NCBI GenBank assembly: GCA_013265495.1
Contig: MU058584.1
Coordinates: 1,834,616-1,898,615, forward strand
Reading direction: 5' to 3'
DNA length: 64,000 bases
Source: Vicugna vicugna
Taxonomy: Eukaryota
A model generated the notes under the pieces. That model saw only the letters and a program-made list of their open reading frames with translations, was not told the DNA's origin and did not search any database. Positions 37,616 to 51,350 of this stretch are shown here, piece by piece; the first letter of the stretch is position 1; every line of letters begins with the position of its first letter. Position numbers and translations under genes: made by a program.

Positions 37616-39043
37616 TCTGTAATTATACATGTATAATATATATGTTAAGGTGTATATAAGTATGTATGCGTGTGTATATATGTATAAACATACTTACCAA
37701 ATAATGAGGATTCCATAGAGCAAATAAGAGGCATGGTACGTACCTTCCAGGAGGTATTTATGCTTTATGCAGCCAAATTAATAACCTGCGAGGCGATCAG
37801 ATACCATCTAGCCCTGACCCATGGCAGGCATTGTTAAACAATCTTACTACATTTTTTCACTGATCTTTTTAGCAGTTACACAATCGTAAGGACGCAGTCC
37901 CAGCAGCAACTGCCAACATTGGAAAGTAAAACAGAACCTCTTCCCATCTCTCGCTAAAGCGTAAAAAGAAATCATTGATACTGGGTTTCAAACTCTGTAG
38001 TATTATTATTAGGCTGATGGGAGAAAATTCTGGTTTGTAAGGCTTTAGTATGCCTCTCATCACTCTGGTGGGCAGACACCTATTGCTGCCCCAGAATAAG
38101 ACCGGCTTTGCCCCGAAGCTATAGCAACCTGCCCGGCCTGACCTCTGAGCTTCAAACAGAGCTCAGGTCCAACATTCCTGTAAAAGGTTCCAATTAGAAT
38201 AACCTTACAAAAATAGTTAACCACTAGAATTAAGTTTGGATTCAGTGTATTAGAAAATAAAATCTTTTCTTATAGAAATTATAAACAAAAGACACTTTCT
38301 AGAGGAAAAGCAGAACTTCTGACGTTTGAGAAAGATTCTCAAAGAAAAAGAATTGCTTCTGTTTTAGAGGATCTGTTCAGAACACTTTTTTTGAATTTGC
38401 ATTTTAGCACACATCTCAGTAGCAAATTGTTTCTGAAAATTCTTATTTGGCTTACTAAACTATCCTTATGTTATAACAATATTGCAATTATACTTTGGCA
38501 GTTCACATTTTCTTCTGGTAAATTGTTTTCTTACATGGCAAAAAAAAGAAGTGTTTATATATTGTGTTCAATAATTTTTGTCTTATATTAAAATATATTT
38601 TTCAATGTTTCCTAAAGCAGCTTCTCGAGACAATGTCTACTTTCTCTCACACTTTGGTTTTAGTACTTATGAACCGCTTATATCATTGATCACAACATTA
38701 ATCACTCCTTCTTACTTCTAATGATGTGAGGTTGGTAGAAAGTGATTTACCCAACATTTGGAGAAATAAGCCACATCAGTTTGCACAAAGTTGTAGGTTT
38801 ATGTTATGCTCTTGAAACTGAAAAGAAAAGCATATTTTGACTTCTAAGACTCTCATGTGTACTCAAAGAAAGTGGAAACCTAAGTTTTGATAAAATATTC
38901 ATGACTATGTGGTCTTCTCTGTACAATAATTGACTTACCGAGTAAAGGATCATGGGTCTGAAATATTACAAACACCCCAGAATACTGACTAATGCTCAAA
39001 AAATATTTGGTACGATCTTTTTAAATAGAAAAAATGATTTTTA

Positions 39044-39163
39044 TTTTATTATTTTGGGGGATTTTATTGTTGCCTTTTTTTTTTTTGCAGGGGGTGGGGA
39101 TAGTAGGTACTGGGGACTGAACCCAGCTAAGCACGCATTCTACCACTGAGCTATACTCGCCTC
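39044..39163 (-). mobile_element. Vic-1-like SINE with a short internal deletion
   Basis: tactggggactgaacccag/ctaagcacgcattctaccactgagctatac; lacks ~13 nt present in the 29220 copy; degenerate TSD gaaaaaatgattttta / gaaaaattattttta. Confidence 0.8.
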
Positions 39164-41219
39164 GTGAAAAATTATTTTTAAATGAATACATCAGTGAGTT
39201 GATGGAAATATCTTGCCCTACAAACTTAACAAAGTAGCAGTCATGGAAATTATTTTTTCTATTCTACAGAAAAGAGTGGATCCTCTCGCCCAGCATATAA
39301 AGATGCTGTAGCTCTCCCCTCAAATCCTAACAAGTTAATTTCTTATAGAAGATAAGAGCTTGAGTGTGGCTTCAAATGAAACGCATCCTCAAGGTTACAC
39401 ATGCGATTTGCGATGCATCTTCTTCTACCTGGAATCTCCTAAACAGACATTGAAATCTTTTTTGCATACAAATGCATTTAATTGCTCTAATAGCCATTTA
39501 AGTGCTTGCTTAAGAAGGTCAGCGGGACCTTGAGCATTTGTACCTAGCAAGATAACAAAAGACCTATAAGACGGTTAGTGAAAAATCGAATGAAATAGAG
39601 AAATCTTAGTCTGATAGGCAGAGGTTCCGGCTCAGTGTTCTGTGTGAATTAATTCTTTTATCAGGAATGGTTTTACGAGCATTTTCCTTCTATGCATACC
39701 AATTCCAGAGAAGTGGCTTTACCAGACTGAAAGGCATTAGAGTTCAGCCAACTCAGAGCCGTTTATTTATTGAAAAGTTTATCTCTGTATTAAATTCTCA
39801 CTGAAGAGGGTTTCATTAGGCCCACAAGACCAGTATAAACAGGGAGCTGCAGAGTTATTTGGAAAATGATCGAGACCTAACTTCTGGGTCTGTTTTGTGT
39901 TCCCATTGCTCACACACCAGGGCTGCCAATGGCACCAAGAGAGAAGCATGCATTCAAGTTGGAATTTTTTTTTTTTATTTCCTGCATTTGAGCAGGCCAC
40001 AATTTATATCACTCAGGTCTCCTTAAATTAGTCCAAGAGGATTTCATTTTACAGGCTTGCTTGACTGGGATCCTTTTGGCACGATGGGTTCAGCTTTGTA
40101 TACAACTGAGATTCATATTTTATGTGTGTGTAAAAACCCCAGCCATGAATCTAGCCGCTCAAAGCTTCACCTTCATTCTTTACAGCTCAGTTCAGAGCCC
40201 GGCACATTTCCATAGACTGAATCTCAAGGCAGCTCCTGGCTGAGGGAAAGGACAAATGCTAAAAATAGATGAAGAAACTCAGGGGCATTAAGAAGAGAAA
40301 ATGGGACTCAGTTTTTCTTTACGTAGCACATCCCAAATTAATCCAATGTGGACGGAATGTCTCCCATTCACACATTTAAATTGAAATGGCACTTTGGGCC
40401 AGACGTTGTTTTCTGCTTTTAAGTGAAAGGAAACCACAGAATCATCAAAGGTTTCCGAAAGCTTATCACCCCCGTTGGCCAGGCTGCTAAGCTTCAACCT
40501 ACACTCCCCACGCCGTTTCCCCAGGTACCCGCCAGCTCCTGGTTGTATCTCTTCCCCTGGTCTGGCTTTTTCTTCTACTCTGTTGACTTACAAAACGAAA
40601 CAGCTTCCGTAACAGGGCTGATATAATCAGGTGCAACACAGAGCGAGGAAGTTTTGTTTTCTTACTGGGATGCTAATTTTGTAGGGACTTTTCAGAAACC
40701 TGAGCCTACGGGGACATGCGGTAATATCCTTTAGAATATGATGCTGTTCCCTGCTGAGTAGATGCAGTGTTTGTGAATGGCCGGGTAGGAACGTGTGTAT
40801 GTTGCAGGTAATAGAACAGAGAACGGTGTCCAGAGGAGTGACGCGCTCCATGAGAGTTTTGTTTAAACTTCTATTGTCATTTCTCATCATGTGTTTACTT
40901 GAACTCAAGTTGTCTGCCTCCCTTGGCACTGTCAGTGTCTCTAATGAGCTGTAAAGCCCACAGGTCTATTGAGTTGTTTATATGTTAACAAAAGGAAAAT
41001 TGTGATCCCAATATCACATCACTCGTAAAATAAGAGAAATCTTGTCTCTAGGATCATGATTCATGAGTTTTCTAATGAGTTCCTTCACTGTTATAAAACA
41101 TTATCTACTATTTAATTTTCATGAACGTGCAAACATGTTAGAGCATTATATAATCTTGATAGATAGGAACTCTGTCTTCTAATAATAATTCTGGAAACTT
41201 TTTAGTCATCCAGCATCCA

Positions 41220-41500
41220 TATTATGCCTGAGAACCCTATGACTAAAGAAGAACAAAACATCCCCTTAGTCTTCAAGGAGCTTTCAGTCTAGATGCATAA
41301 ACTATATACGTGGAAATAAGGATAATATCAAGCAATAAAATAGATGGCTAATAGACAAAATGATGAAGGAAAGACAAAATGTGAGATTATAGAAATAAGA
41401 TCGATATGTATTGAAATCCTTTATAAAGATTAATGTGATTATGATTAAAGTGGAGAGGATTTGAGTTGAGCATTAAGGGAAAGGTAGAATTTGGATCAGA
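41220..41500 (-). mobile_element. L2 fragment, interrupted by the following L1
   Basis: ccttagtcttcaaggagctttcagtctag and ggatttgagttgagcattaagggaaaggtagaattt; appears to resume after 41720. Confidence 0.6.
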
Positions 41501-41502
41501 AA

Positions 41503-41718
41503 AATTGGGAGTTTTGGATTTGCAGATACTACTGTATATAAAATAGATAAGCAACAAGGTCCTACTGTACAGCACAGGGAACTATATTCAATACCTTGTA
41601 ATAGCCTATAATGAAAAAGAATTGAAAAGGAATATATATATATATAAAAAACTGGATCACTATGCTGTGCACCAGAAATTAATACAACATTGTAAACTGA
41701 TTATACTTCAATTTAAAC
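41503..41718 (+). mobile_element. Artiodactyl-type L1 3' UTR fragment
   Basis: aaatagataagcaacaaggtcctactgtacagcacagggaactatattcaataccttgtaatagcctataatgaaaaagaa...tgctgtgcaccagaaattaatacaacattgtaaactgattatacttcaat. Confidence 0.92.
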
Positions 41719-41817
41719 AACAGGAAGAAAATATATTCCTAGAGGAATGAAGAGGAGAGTGCTAGCTCTCAGGAAAAATAAGGACTCAAAAGCCAGAGGA
41801 GCATATTCTGGAAACGG

Positions 41818-42590
41818 TGACCTTTGGTATATCAAGAAATACGTTTGGCCTTTGTCTCCAGCTTCTGGCACCAGGCTCCTAAAATCCTTGGAGTTTCCTG
41901 AGTGGTAGGAGTATTTCTGTTATTCATAAGGAGCCCCTTTTGAGCACACCTGAATTTACACTACTAAACTGACTTAAAGTGAGGCCCCTAGACAGTCTGA
42001 GGATAGAGCTGATCACCAGAAAATCCAATGATCAGAAGATTGGAACTTGCAGCCACACCCACCAACCACTGGAAAGGGGAAGTGGGTGGGCTGCAGATTA
42101 AGCTCTATGAAAACTTGCACAGCGAGATTTGATGAGCTTCTGAGTTCATGAGCACATCTGTGTGTCCAGGGGATAAAGCACTCCAGTTCCTTGGGACAGA
42201 AAGTCTTACACTTGGAAACTATCTGGACCTTGCCCCGTGCACCTTTTCATCTGTTTATCTGTATATTTTATACTATCCTTTATAATAAAATAGTCGATGT
42301 AAGTGTTTCTCTGAGCCATCCGAACAAATATCAAACCTGAGAACGGGGGCGTGGCAATCTCTGGTTTATAGCTAGTCAGGCAGGAGTGCAAGGGACAACC
42401 TGGATTTATAGTAGGCATCTGAAGTTAGGGCAGTCTTGTGAGACTGAACCTTTTGACCTGTGGGATCTGATGCTGTCTCCAGATACATAGCGTCAGAATT
42501 GAGTTAAGTTTGTAGAACACCCAGTTGGTGTCCACGTAGAAATGAAGCCTTGCTAGGTGGTGCTGGAAAACAGTTCGTGTCTGTCTGTCA
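41818..42590 (+). mobile_element. MER21-like ERV solo LTR
   Basis: tttggcctttgtctccagcttctggcaccaggctcctaaaatccttggagtttcctgagtg...gatttgatgagcttctg...gggcagtcttgtgagactgaacc...tgtgggatctgatgct...gtcagaattgagtt...acacccagttggtgtcc. Confidence 0.85.
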
Positions 42591-42891
42591 CATGGTTGCT
42601 ATCCTACTTGTGAGCCACAAACCGCCGTGTGTCCCAACAGGACCTGGAATATGTATCCAGAGTTGGGACTGGTACAACCACAATGCTCCTTTTTTCTTAT
42701 CAAACTGACATATCTAAATACCAGTCCTCCTTCCTTTCTTTCTTTATTTTGTCATTTCCCTCTCCCTCTTTTCCTACTTTTCTTCTTTCTATATCCCCTT
42801 GTTCCTTCCCTTCTGTTATTATCTCCACCTGGGTGAAATCCAAAGCTTGTTTTCAAATGGATGAGGATGAAAGGAAGGCCCAGTACAATGA

Positions 42892-43287
42892 TGTATTAGT
42901 TTGCATCAGCAATGCCAGCTGCTGTAACAAAGAACCCCACTCTCAGTAATTGAACACAACAAGGATTCGCTTCTTTCTATTGTTATGATGCAATGCAGAC
43001 TAACGGAGGTGAGAGAGTTCACTTAGAGACCCAGACTTTTCATAACTGACAGCCCTGCCATCCCATAAGGCCTCAGAGGCTCTACAACTGATGAGGAAGT
43101 AAGGGAGGAGACAATGTGGAAGACCACGCTGGAGATTTTATGAGTGGATCTGGAAGCGCCATATCACTTCTGTCTTCATTGCGCTGACTTATCCTAACCT
43201 CAAGGGAGGCTGAAAAAGGTAGCCTAGTCATGGCCCTAGTAGAAAAAGTGAATCATTTCGATGCACAATTAGCTAGTCTCTCCCACA
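42892..43287 (-). mobile_element. MaLR LTR (MLT1K/L-like), antisense
   Basis: tgtattagtt...gctgctgtaacaaagaacccc...ctcagtaattgaacacaacaagg; tggaagcgccatatcacttctgtcttcattg; cctaacctcaagggaggctgaaaaaggtag. Confidence 0.75.
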
Positions 43288-44249
43288 GCTGCTAAGAGCT
43301 ATGATTTCATGTATCTACAGCAAGATTTAAAGCAATTGTTCGCCCTGAGAGAAAGCACATCTCCTGAGGGAATGGCATTACTTTTTACTTGCACAGGTAC
43401 CCGAGAACAGGACACCACGAGAAAGGTTCAGATGAGTAATTTAGTCCTCTGCCCAACAAGTGATGAATCAGTGTGTTGGATTCAAAGATAATGAATACCT
43501 ATGACTGGCAGATGTTGAATCAGTTACTCTATGCAGAGTGCCTACAGAGAATGGACAATACACCTGCAGAAGGACCAGAGGATATCACTGACACTGAGAA
43601 TCGCCTGTGCAAGGCTGGGGAGTCCAGGTGTCAGTGGCACTGTCGAGTTCCACCAGGGGTAGCACTCCGTTGCTCAGTCCCCCATCTTCCAATCACCACT
43701 CCACCAAACATCGGGAAAAAAGGCCAGAGCACCTCAGTGAGGGAGAGTTGGGTGAATAAAGGTAAGAACAGGCTGCTAACTTCTTATCAGAAAGCACTAT
43801 GGCAGGAAAAGAGCTTTATTTAGGCAAAGAAGGTAGCATGGCAGGCAGATCTTGTAGGAAGTGCTGACTCACTTAGAATGAGAGTTAGAGACACACTTAG
43901 CAAGGCTCAGGTGGGGTACCTACGGAGTCACAGAGCCCAGTGGACTGGGATCCTCAGCAGGACAGCATGATGAGACAGGGACACGCAATACCAGCATTGC
44001 ACAGATGCTCAAAACATGCATCTTTTCTGCCTCAGAGGCAGATCCTTTCAGCTAAATAAAATCCCCCCCTACCCCCGCCTCAGCAGGGCTGCAGGAGACT
44101 TGGTGGAATGCTCCTCCCAGAGAGAGCTACCCAGGATGGATGGAAGCAGCAAGGGAGTGATGGTTCAGGCGAAAGAAGTCAGGCAGTGCCAACAGAGAAA
44201 CCAAACACTCAAGGCACCACGTCACAAGGCAGCCTAACACAATGAAAGA

Positions 44250-44405
44250 TCGGATCAAAGGCTGAGTTCTTGCTCTGTGACATTCTTGCTGTATGAACGT
44301 GGGCACCTACCTTAGAGGATTATTGTAAAATTGAATGAGATAGTGCACAGAAAGGATTCAGCGCAGTGCTAGCACTTAGCGAGTGCTTGATAAATGTCAG
44401 CTAAC
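44250..44405 (+). mobile_element. MIR fragment
   Basis: cacctaccttagaggattattgtaaaattgaatgagatagtgcacagaaag...gcgcagtgctagcacttagcgagtgcttgataaatgtcagcta. Confidence 0.8.
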
Positions 44406-47400
44406 TGTAACGGCTGGCATCATGGTACAAGGGGTGATAGTAGTGGTGGCAATGTTATGGGTGGAGGGGGTAATTATACTTATTTATGAGATTGACTCTG
44501 TGTGAACTGAGGTAGGAATATGCACCAGCGCTAATTAGCCAGAAAGAGACACTTAGTTAAGAAAAGTAATTGGCTGGAGCTTTCAGGCTACGGTAGAGAA
44601 AACATACACACGCACCTTCTAAGTTTTCTTGAGGACTTAACGTTTGAGGATGGGAATCGAGGAAGGTGTAGGAAGGGCCTGAGGCTTCATCCCTCCTGCA
44701 TTACAGCCAACGGGAAGAGGAATCAGGAGGGCCATTCCACTCAAGGAATGCATTAGAAACACAGCACCGAGCTGCCTGGAAGCACACAAGAGAAGCTGAA
44801 ACAATTAAGTTGGAAGAGAGGAGGAAAGTCTCATATCGGATTCCTTTAGCCTCGTCCCAATTCTCCCATTTTCTAGCTCAGGTTCATTGAGGTTCCACGG
44901 ACCACTCCTTTCGTTTACCTATAACGTTTCCCCCGCCTTCACAGCACACGGGGCAACGGACTCATTGCCGTTCTTTTCACAGCATCCTGAATACCATCGT
45001 ATTGCTTTACGCTTCAGGAATTTCTTTCAACTAAATCAGGGTCATACTATCCAATCTGCCCAAGTCAAGCCCAGGGACCATCTTTACAAGAAAGAGAAAC
45101 AAGCAAAGCGGTATTACTTTTTATTTTCTGTTCCTATAGCCATAAATAAAACATGTCCTTCCTCATGATAAAGTAATCCCCCTTAACTAGCCTTTTTTCA
45201 TCCCGCGTTGGGGGTGTTTTCAAAGCCTCCTTTAATGTTGCACTCTCTTTGAGCCGATCACTCCCAGCCTTCACATCCCCTCTGCCATTTCTCAGCGCTC
45301 AGCTTCCCTTGGCCCCTCTACCGTTTCCTTTCATCTCTCTCTTCTGAACAGCTGCTCCCTGATTACTGGTTTAACTTTTGGGGAGATTTTATTTATTTCC
45401 TTCTCTTTCATCCTACGAAGTCGGCAGATTTTTGTTTTGTGACCCACATAGCCAATTGTTTCCACCCTCTCACTTTTTCTTTCCTACTGGAACGTCCTGA
45501 GAGGCCCGAAAGGGAAGGAAAATTCCTGATGCCTTGAGACGTCATAGAGTTTGCAGTGGAGGAAGTACAACTGTTACAGCCTACATCTTTGTTCGGATTC
45601 CGTAGGGACGCCTTCACTGATCATAGAAGCATTGGCTCTTTATCTTGTCAATTAAGTAAAAAAAATCAATGGAATGTGTCGGCATCTTTTTTAAAACTGT
45701 AAGAGCAATAATCATCTGGATCTCTGTTATCCTGTCAAGCTGAAGATCTCAAGGCACTTTCAGAAAAGTTTATTCGAGCACAGTTATCGACAACTTGAAA
45801 CGCTTGTAGGAAAAATTGTAATGCAGCGATAGTCACATTGAAGAGTATTAAGCTACAGTCAAGTGAAATGACAATTACATACGCTCATTAAAAAGTGTAT
45901 CATTAATTGAAAAATTTGAGTAACTGCCTTACATTTTTGTTGAAGAGGAAACCAACTGCACAAGGGATTGGGCTAAATGGAACCGAAGTGACAGAAGTTG
46001 TTAAAGGTGGCCTGCTGTTCCTCTGTCTAGGTGAGACAGAAAGTCACCTCAAAGCAAACCTTATAGCTTTGCATCATGTTTGAATCCGCCCCCTTCCTTA
46101 TGAAGATGTAAGTTAATTTGGCCATCATGGTTGTGCGAAAGGGTGAAAAGGAACAATTTGTGCCTTGAAAAAATGCTGCCTTGGGATGTACAGGGTCCCC
46201 CTCTGGGAAAAGGTGAGTATGTTTGATGTAGGCAACATAGAGAGCCAAGTAGAAGGAGAACACTAGGGATCCTGGCCACTTCCCTTCTGAAGACCAGTAT
46301 TATTAGACCTTTCCTGATGAACTGAGACAGTTTGCACCAAAATAACATTAGTGGTGCCCAGATTGAATCCATCATGAGGGGAGAACAATCTGGCAGGTGA
46401 TCTAGGCTGAGGACCATGGTGTAGACAGTTGTGAAAAGAGGGCTGTTCTGGCTGCTCAAGTTACCTTCTATTCCAGCCACCCTGACCTGGAGAATGATGC
46501 TTCAAGAACAATGACTTAATAGGAGCCTCTAAACTAAAGGGTGCTCTTAGCCAAGAGGTTGGACTTGCATTTCCCTCCCTGGCAGACACCATGTTGTCTG
46601 CGTGAGTTCTCATCGAAGCAGCAGACACCTGGATAAGGCTCATGTTCAACTCTGAGGGACTAGTGTCAAAAGCTACCTTGTGGCAGCAGCAAAGGCAATC
46701 GGAGTTTAAACTGGGGGATCAGGTGACAAGATCAGATTTGCCAATTCTTGTCACTAAAATGGGGAGCGCTACATACTTGATGATGGGACATCCAGAAGGA
46801 TGAACCCCGTGCACTATAAAAACCATCTTCTCTGATTACCTCTCAACCCCTCTAGCCGGGTCCATGATGAGAAAAGGTACTGAAAGTGTCCTTTCTGAAC
46901 CAGTGGCCAGGGAATAAGACACTACTCTGCTGATGGAAGTTATGCAGATCTTGTCCATGTTTGAAGTCTAGCCCAGGAGTTCCCAAATTTGATCTGTGCT
47001 GGGTTGATATCAATCTGCTATGAAATTTTCACCTGTTTGCAAAAAAGGACTAATATTAATTTTTCAGACAGATTATAACAGATAGTTTATATCTTTTCTA
47101 GTCATTTTGGTGCTAAAATAGTGTTTGTTCTATGCCATGATGACGAAAGCCTCAGATAACTTTGTTTTTAATGGCATCATTTTGCTAATAAAAAATGGAC
47201 AACTACTGTTGCCTACTGCTAATTATCTCTTTCCCTCTCTCTCTTTCTCTCTTTCTCTTAATTTAACTATAAAAGAATGAAAACACTGATGTAGCACACA
47301 TGCCTAAAGGGTGTTTCAAATTTATGCTTTTTCCCCTCACAAACTTATGCTCTCTCCCAAGATATTTGAGAAGACCCAAGAAACTTAATCAGCAAAGCCA

Positions 47401-47589
47401 ATCCAATTAACAGAGCATTACCTAAGTTTTTATTATAGACAGTGTGTCCATGGCATTGTAAAATTGCCCCCATGCTAATAAATCTATGACACTACTTTGA
47501 GGAAGAAAGAGGAAAGAGGTTCATACTAGAAAACAGAGCTAGCAAGTCCTGGTGCTCAGCTGGAGAACAGGATACGTCTATTATAGGAC

Positions 47590-47740
47590 ACTGCACCGAA
47601 CTGTAATCGTCTGCTTATGCAACTAGCTTACCTACAAACTATACGTTTATTGAACATACAGTTTTCTCTGATTTACTTTCCTATTTCCAGCACCTAACAA
47701 AATACTTTTCACACAGTAGGTCAATAAATGTTTGCTGACT
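47590..47740 (+). mobile_element. L2 3' end fragment
   Basis: cctatttccagcacctaacaaaatac...cacacagtaggtcaataaatgtttgctga. Confidence 0.7.
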
Positions 47741-47965
47741 AGGTCAATAAGTATTGGTTTTCTGTTGGACAATGAAATCTTTCAAATGATTGATACACTG
47801 AAAGGAAAAAAAGAAAAAGAATCAGAAAATACTATAGTAATAAATGTGGCTGTTTACTTGAATTTTTTTTCTTTTCCGATCCAGGGAACTTTGACTATCC
47901 TAGCTCTGGTATAATATGATTACCTAGGTGTAAATATATAAATGCAGAGGCTTAGCTTCTCAAGT

Positions 47966-48187
47966 TAAGGGCTTGGAAAACTATGCCCACTGGACCAAAT
48001 CCAACCTGTCACCTGTTTTGTAAATAAAGTTTTATTGGTACACAGCCGCATCAATAAACTACATATTATCTACGGCTACTTTCATACTACAATGACAGGG
48101 TTGAGAATTGTTCTAGATACCTATAGGCAGGCCCACAAAGTCAAATGTATTATCTGGTCTTTTGCAAGAAAAAGTTTGCTGATCAAA
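47966..48187 (+). mobile_element. MER58A-like hAT-Charlie non-autonomous DNA transposon
   Basis: aaactatgcccactggaccaaatccaacctgtcacctgttttgtaaataaagttttattggtacacagcc...tatctacggctactttc...tatctggtcttttgcaagaaaaagtttgctga. Confidence 0.88.
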
Positions 48188-48604
48188 AGTTACTATAGGT
48201 CATCACTTTCGTATATATCCTAAGATTCATTAAATGCCAAGTTTGATTCTATGTCCTGTAACTAAAATGAATTTATTGTTCTTGTGATTGTTCCCTTAAC
48301 AAATCTTTAAAAGGACCACCCATTCAATTGTTAATAAAATGGCACAACAATGGCAACCCCCTATCCTAAAATACTTGTACCCAAGTTTGAGCATCCCAGT
48401 GGCTGATGGATGCCACTTTTTCTGGGAGCCATCTCCTAAGCACATTCAAAGGCTGTATTTCAATTTTCCTAACTCCCAATAGAATTTGACCTCAGCAGAG
48501 GAAAGCTAACTGCGTTTGGGGAAAAGTAGGTCTTTCTATAAAAGCTTTATAAGATTAGTCGGTGCCACCTGGGGCAATTAAGACATCAAATCCTGTAATA
48601 GTGC

Positions 48605-48870
48605 CAATAACAGCTGTCACTTATTGAAGGTTTTCTATATGCCAACCACCATGCGACTTTCTTTCTCTTTGCTTCATATCTTTTTGTTCTCTTAACCACT
48701 TTATATGGGGCACATCTTCCTCATTCCCTTTAATCACTGAGTCAACCTTAGCCAATGAGTAAACTGAGGCTTTAATAAATTTCCCAAAGTCATACCATTA
48801 ATAAACGGCAGGATTGGGATTTGAAACGAAGCAGAATTGATCGCAAATCCTGTGTTCCTCACTGCTCTCG
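48605..48870 (-). mobile_element. MIR SINE, antisense
   Basis: aataacagctgtcacttattgaagg...atgagtaaactgaggcttt...cccaaagtcatacc...ggattgggatttgaa. Confidence 0.8.
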
Positions 48871-51224
48871 CATAACACTTCAATTCTGCCTTTTTAGGGG
48901 GTGGTAATTTACTTGAACAACCTCTTAACGTTTTTTGCACCACATCTTCCTGCATGCCTCAGGTACTCAGCCAGTTCTTTCTCATCTTTTCTCAGCACAG
49001 TCCTGATGAAGCACAATAGCCTTCTGCAAATGAATTAGCAAGGAATTCAAATGGGCTCTGGGCTATCAGGGTGGATATCCCTGGCTACCCAGGACCTGGC
49101 CCTGGGGCGATGTGGGCAGAGGCACAGAGTTCCGGAGGCTATTGGGGATTTAGGCTTAGAACTGGTTGGTTTTCGTATCAAACGCATGCTTGCAGGTAAG
49201 CCTTTACTATCATCTCTAGGAATTAGCTGACCCTGGGAGGGTCAGTCCTTCTCTGGGTCATCAAGGCAGACTGAATCCTGGGAAGAGATTTAGATTTCAG
49301 GGCAAGCAATGGGTCAAGGAGGAGTCAAGAATCATAATCAAGAATAAATTGATGAGACTGTGACAACTCCAGTCCAGCTCTGAGAAGGCGTTCATAACCA
49401 AGAAGGCATCCAGTTGAGAGAGTGGAAGGACCTCCACTCACCTCTGTCTCTTTAAGCCTGTGACACTCCACACACGACTTAAACCAACCAGTCCTGAGTA
49501 GAAGACCTCTCACGATGGTTTGCAGTAACCACCCAGGCCTTTCTTATTTGCGCGCTGTCTGCTCTCGCTCTGAACTTACGTCTGTCAAACGGCAGGCTCT
49601 TGTCTCTACCTGTGAACCTAGATTCTTTTGCCCTTAGCACCTGGTGTCTGCACCTGACATCCGATTTTCACTTTTTTAAAAGGGCTTCAGCTTTGGGCGG
49701 TGCCCTGGCTCTTCACATTCTCCCTGCGGCTTCCATCCCTTCCCCACCATCTGCTTGGTTGCATCATATCCCCACTGTTCCACTCACCCATTCACTGAGG
49801 AGAGAAGCGGACATGCCAGGGTGAGATGTCAAGACTCTCAAGTAGAGGCAGAGCCTGGGTATCCAGAGAAATCCACCTTATATGACTTGATGAAGAGGAG
49901 GATCAGGCCCAGCCTGGGAAACAGTGTTGTCAGAGCCCAGATGTCCAGCTGGAGTAGAGGAGAGGTCTTCTCGACCAGGAATGAGAGCTATCAGGTAGGG
50001 AAGCTCCAGATGTCCTGCCAGCCTAAAGCAGAGATGGACAGATTGTCAGAGGAGAGTCATATAAAGTCTCCAGCAGCTGGTTTTCAGAACTGCCACTGAA
50101 AAGCTTCAAAGTCCATCATCCTCCAAAGGCCTGCAGATGGAATGCTGCAAAAAAATCATAAGTCAGTATTTCTTGAATACTTGCAATGCATTAGGAGTTT
50201 TCGAAAATTTTTGAGATGAAAAAAGATAAGGATTAAAGAGGTTGTGATTTGTCCAGGGTGCTACATATACATACCCCTTTTGAGAGTAGAAGGGGGCGAT
50301 ATAATAATTATAGTGGGCACAACAGACAACCTGGAATTGTTCAGGTCAAACCGGGAATATTATCACTCTGTTTATAAAATAGTTATTGGAGCAAGAATTC
50401 AAACTCAGGCAAACTCCCCTAAACCTCGCTGCTTACTGAGGCAAGAGTGTTACCACCATGCCCAGTTAGACCCAACGGCACTGGGACAGTGGGCCCAGCA
50501 GCCTTTAGAATGTTGAGCATCACTCTCTGATGAGACCAGGACCAGGCAGAGACTGACAGTTTGAAAATAGTGAATTTTAATAGAGAGATTTCTTCAAGTT
50601 GCCATTTCCCAGTAACATATGCCAAGATGCCTAATAAGATTATATTATTTATAATTATAGGAGCTGAAGGAAAGCCAGAGATTGAGGATTATTAGACAAA
50701 AGTCAGGCAGTTCAACTATTAGAGTGCTTCCACGATGAGTGAGATGGTGCAGAATTGCCATACCCCAGCATCGAATTAGATGTCTGTATACCTGACATTT
50801 TTATCTCAAAACAGATAATTAAAATATATCTTGATAACAACTTTATTGTTATATTATGTTAAGACCCAATTAATCCAAGCAATAAAATTAATGATAATGC
50901 CTTACATTTATATGACATCTTTTTTTTTTTATTCCTTCAGAGCTCAAAACGCTTACCTGGTAATTATTATCTCATGGATGTATGTAGTCAGAGGATCATC
51001 TATGGAAGGAAAGGATAGGATGTGAACTCCCCCTGATACTTTGCCTGCTCCCTCTGTTTTGTAGATGGGGGAATTTGATTACAGCAAGCATCAGTGGCTT
51101 CATCATGATCCAGAAGAGAAAGAGAAATCACGTTATGTGCATCTGCTGGTGATGCAACTTCACGTCATGAGTCAATAATGAAGAAATCAGCCTCGTACTG
51201 AAATTCTGCAACAGCGAGGACCAG

Positions 51225-51350
51225 GGTGGAAGCAGAGTTTATTAGGAAGACCTAGACTGAGAATCAGGAAATTTGGTCTCTAGCCTCAACTCCACCACTG
51301 CTGTAAAATCCCCCAATATCTATTTCTGCTTCTATAAAATGAGGGAAATA
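51225..51350 (+). mobile_element. MIR fragment
   Basis: agactgagaatcaggaaatttggtctctagcctcaactccaccact...tttctgcttctataaaatgaggga. Confidence 0.6.

Noticed and set aside
37873..37955. Acceptor-like TTTTTAGCAG followed by short open frames (YTIVRTQSQQQLPTLESKTEPLPISR*)
   Set aside because: Peptide not recognised, no strong donor and no other supporting exons
43650..43668. CTCF-like CCACCAGGGG motifs (also at ~55077-55092)
   Set aside because: The 3' part deviates from the GGCGC/GGCAG consensus; cannot be supported without PWM scoring or ChIP data
46970..47205. Possible old hAT DNA transposon fragment (caggagttcccaaa… start)
   Set aside because: Similarity too weak to assign by eye; needs a Dfam search
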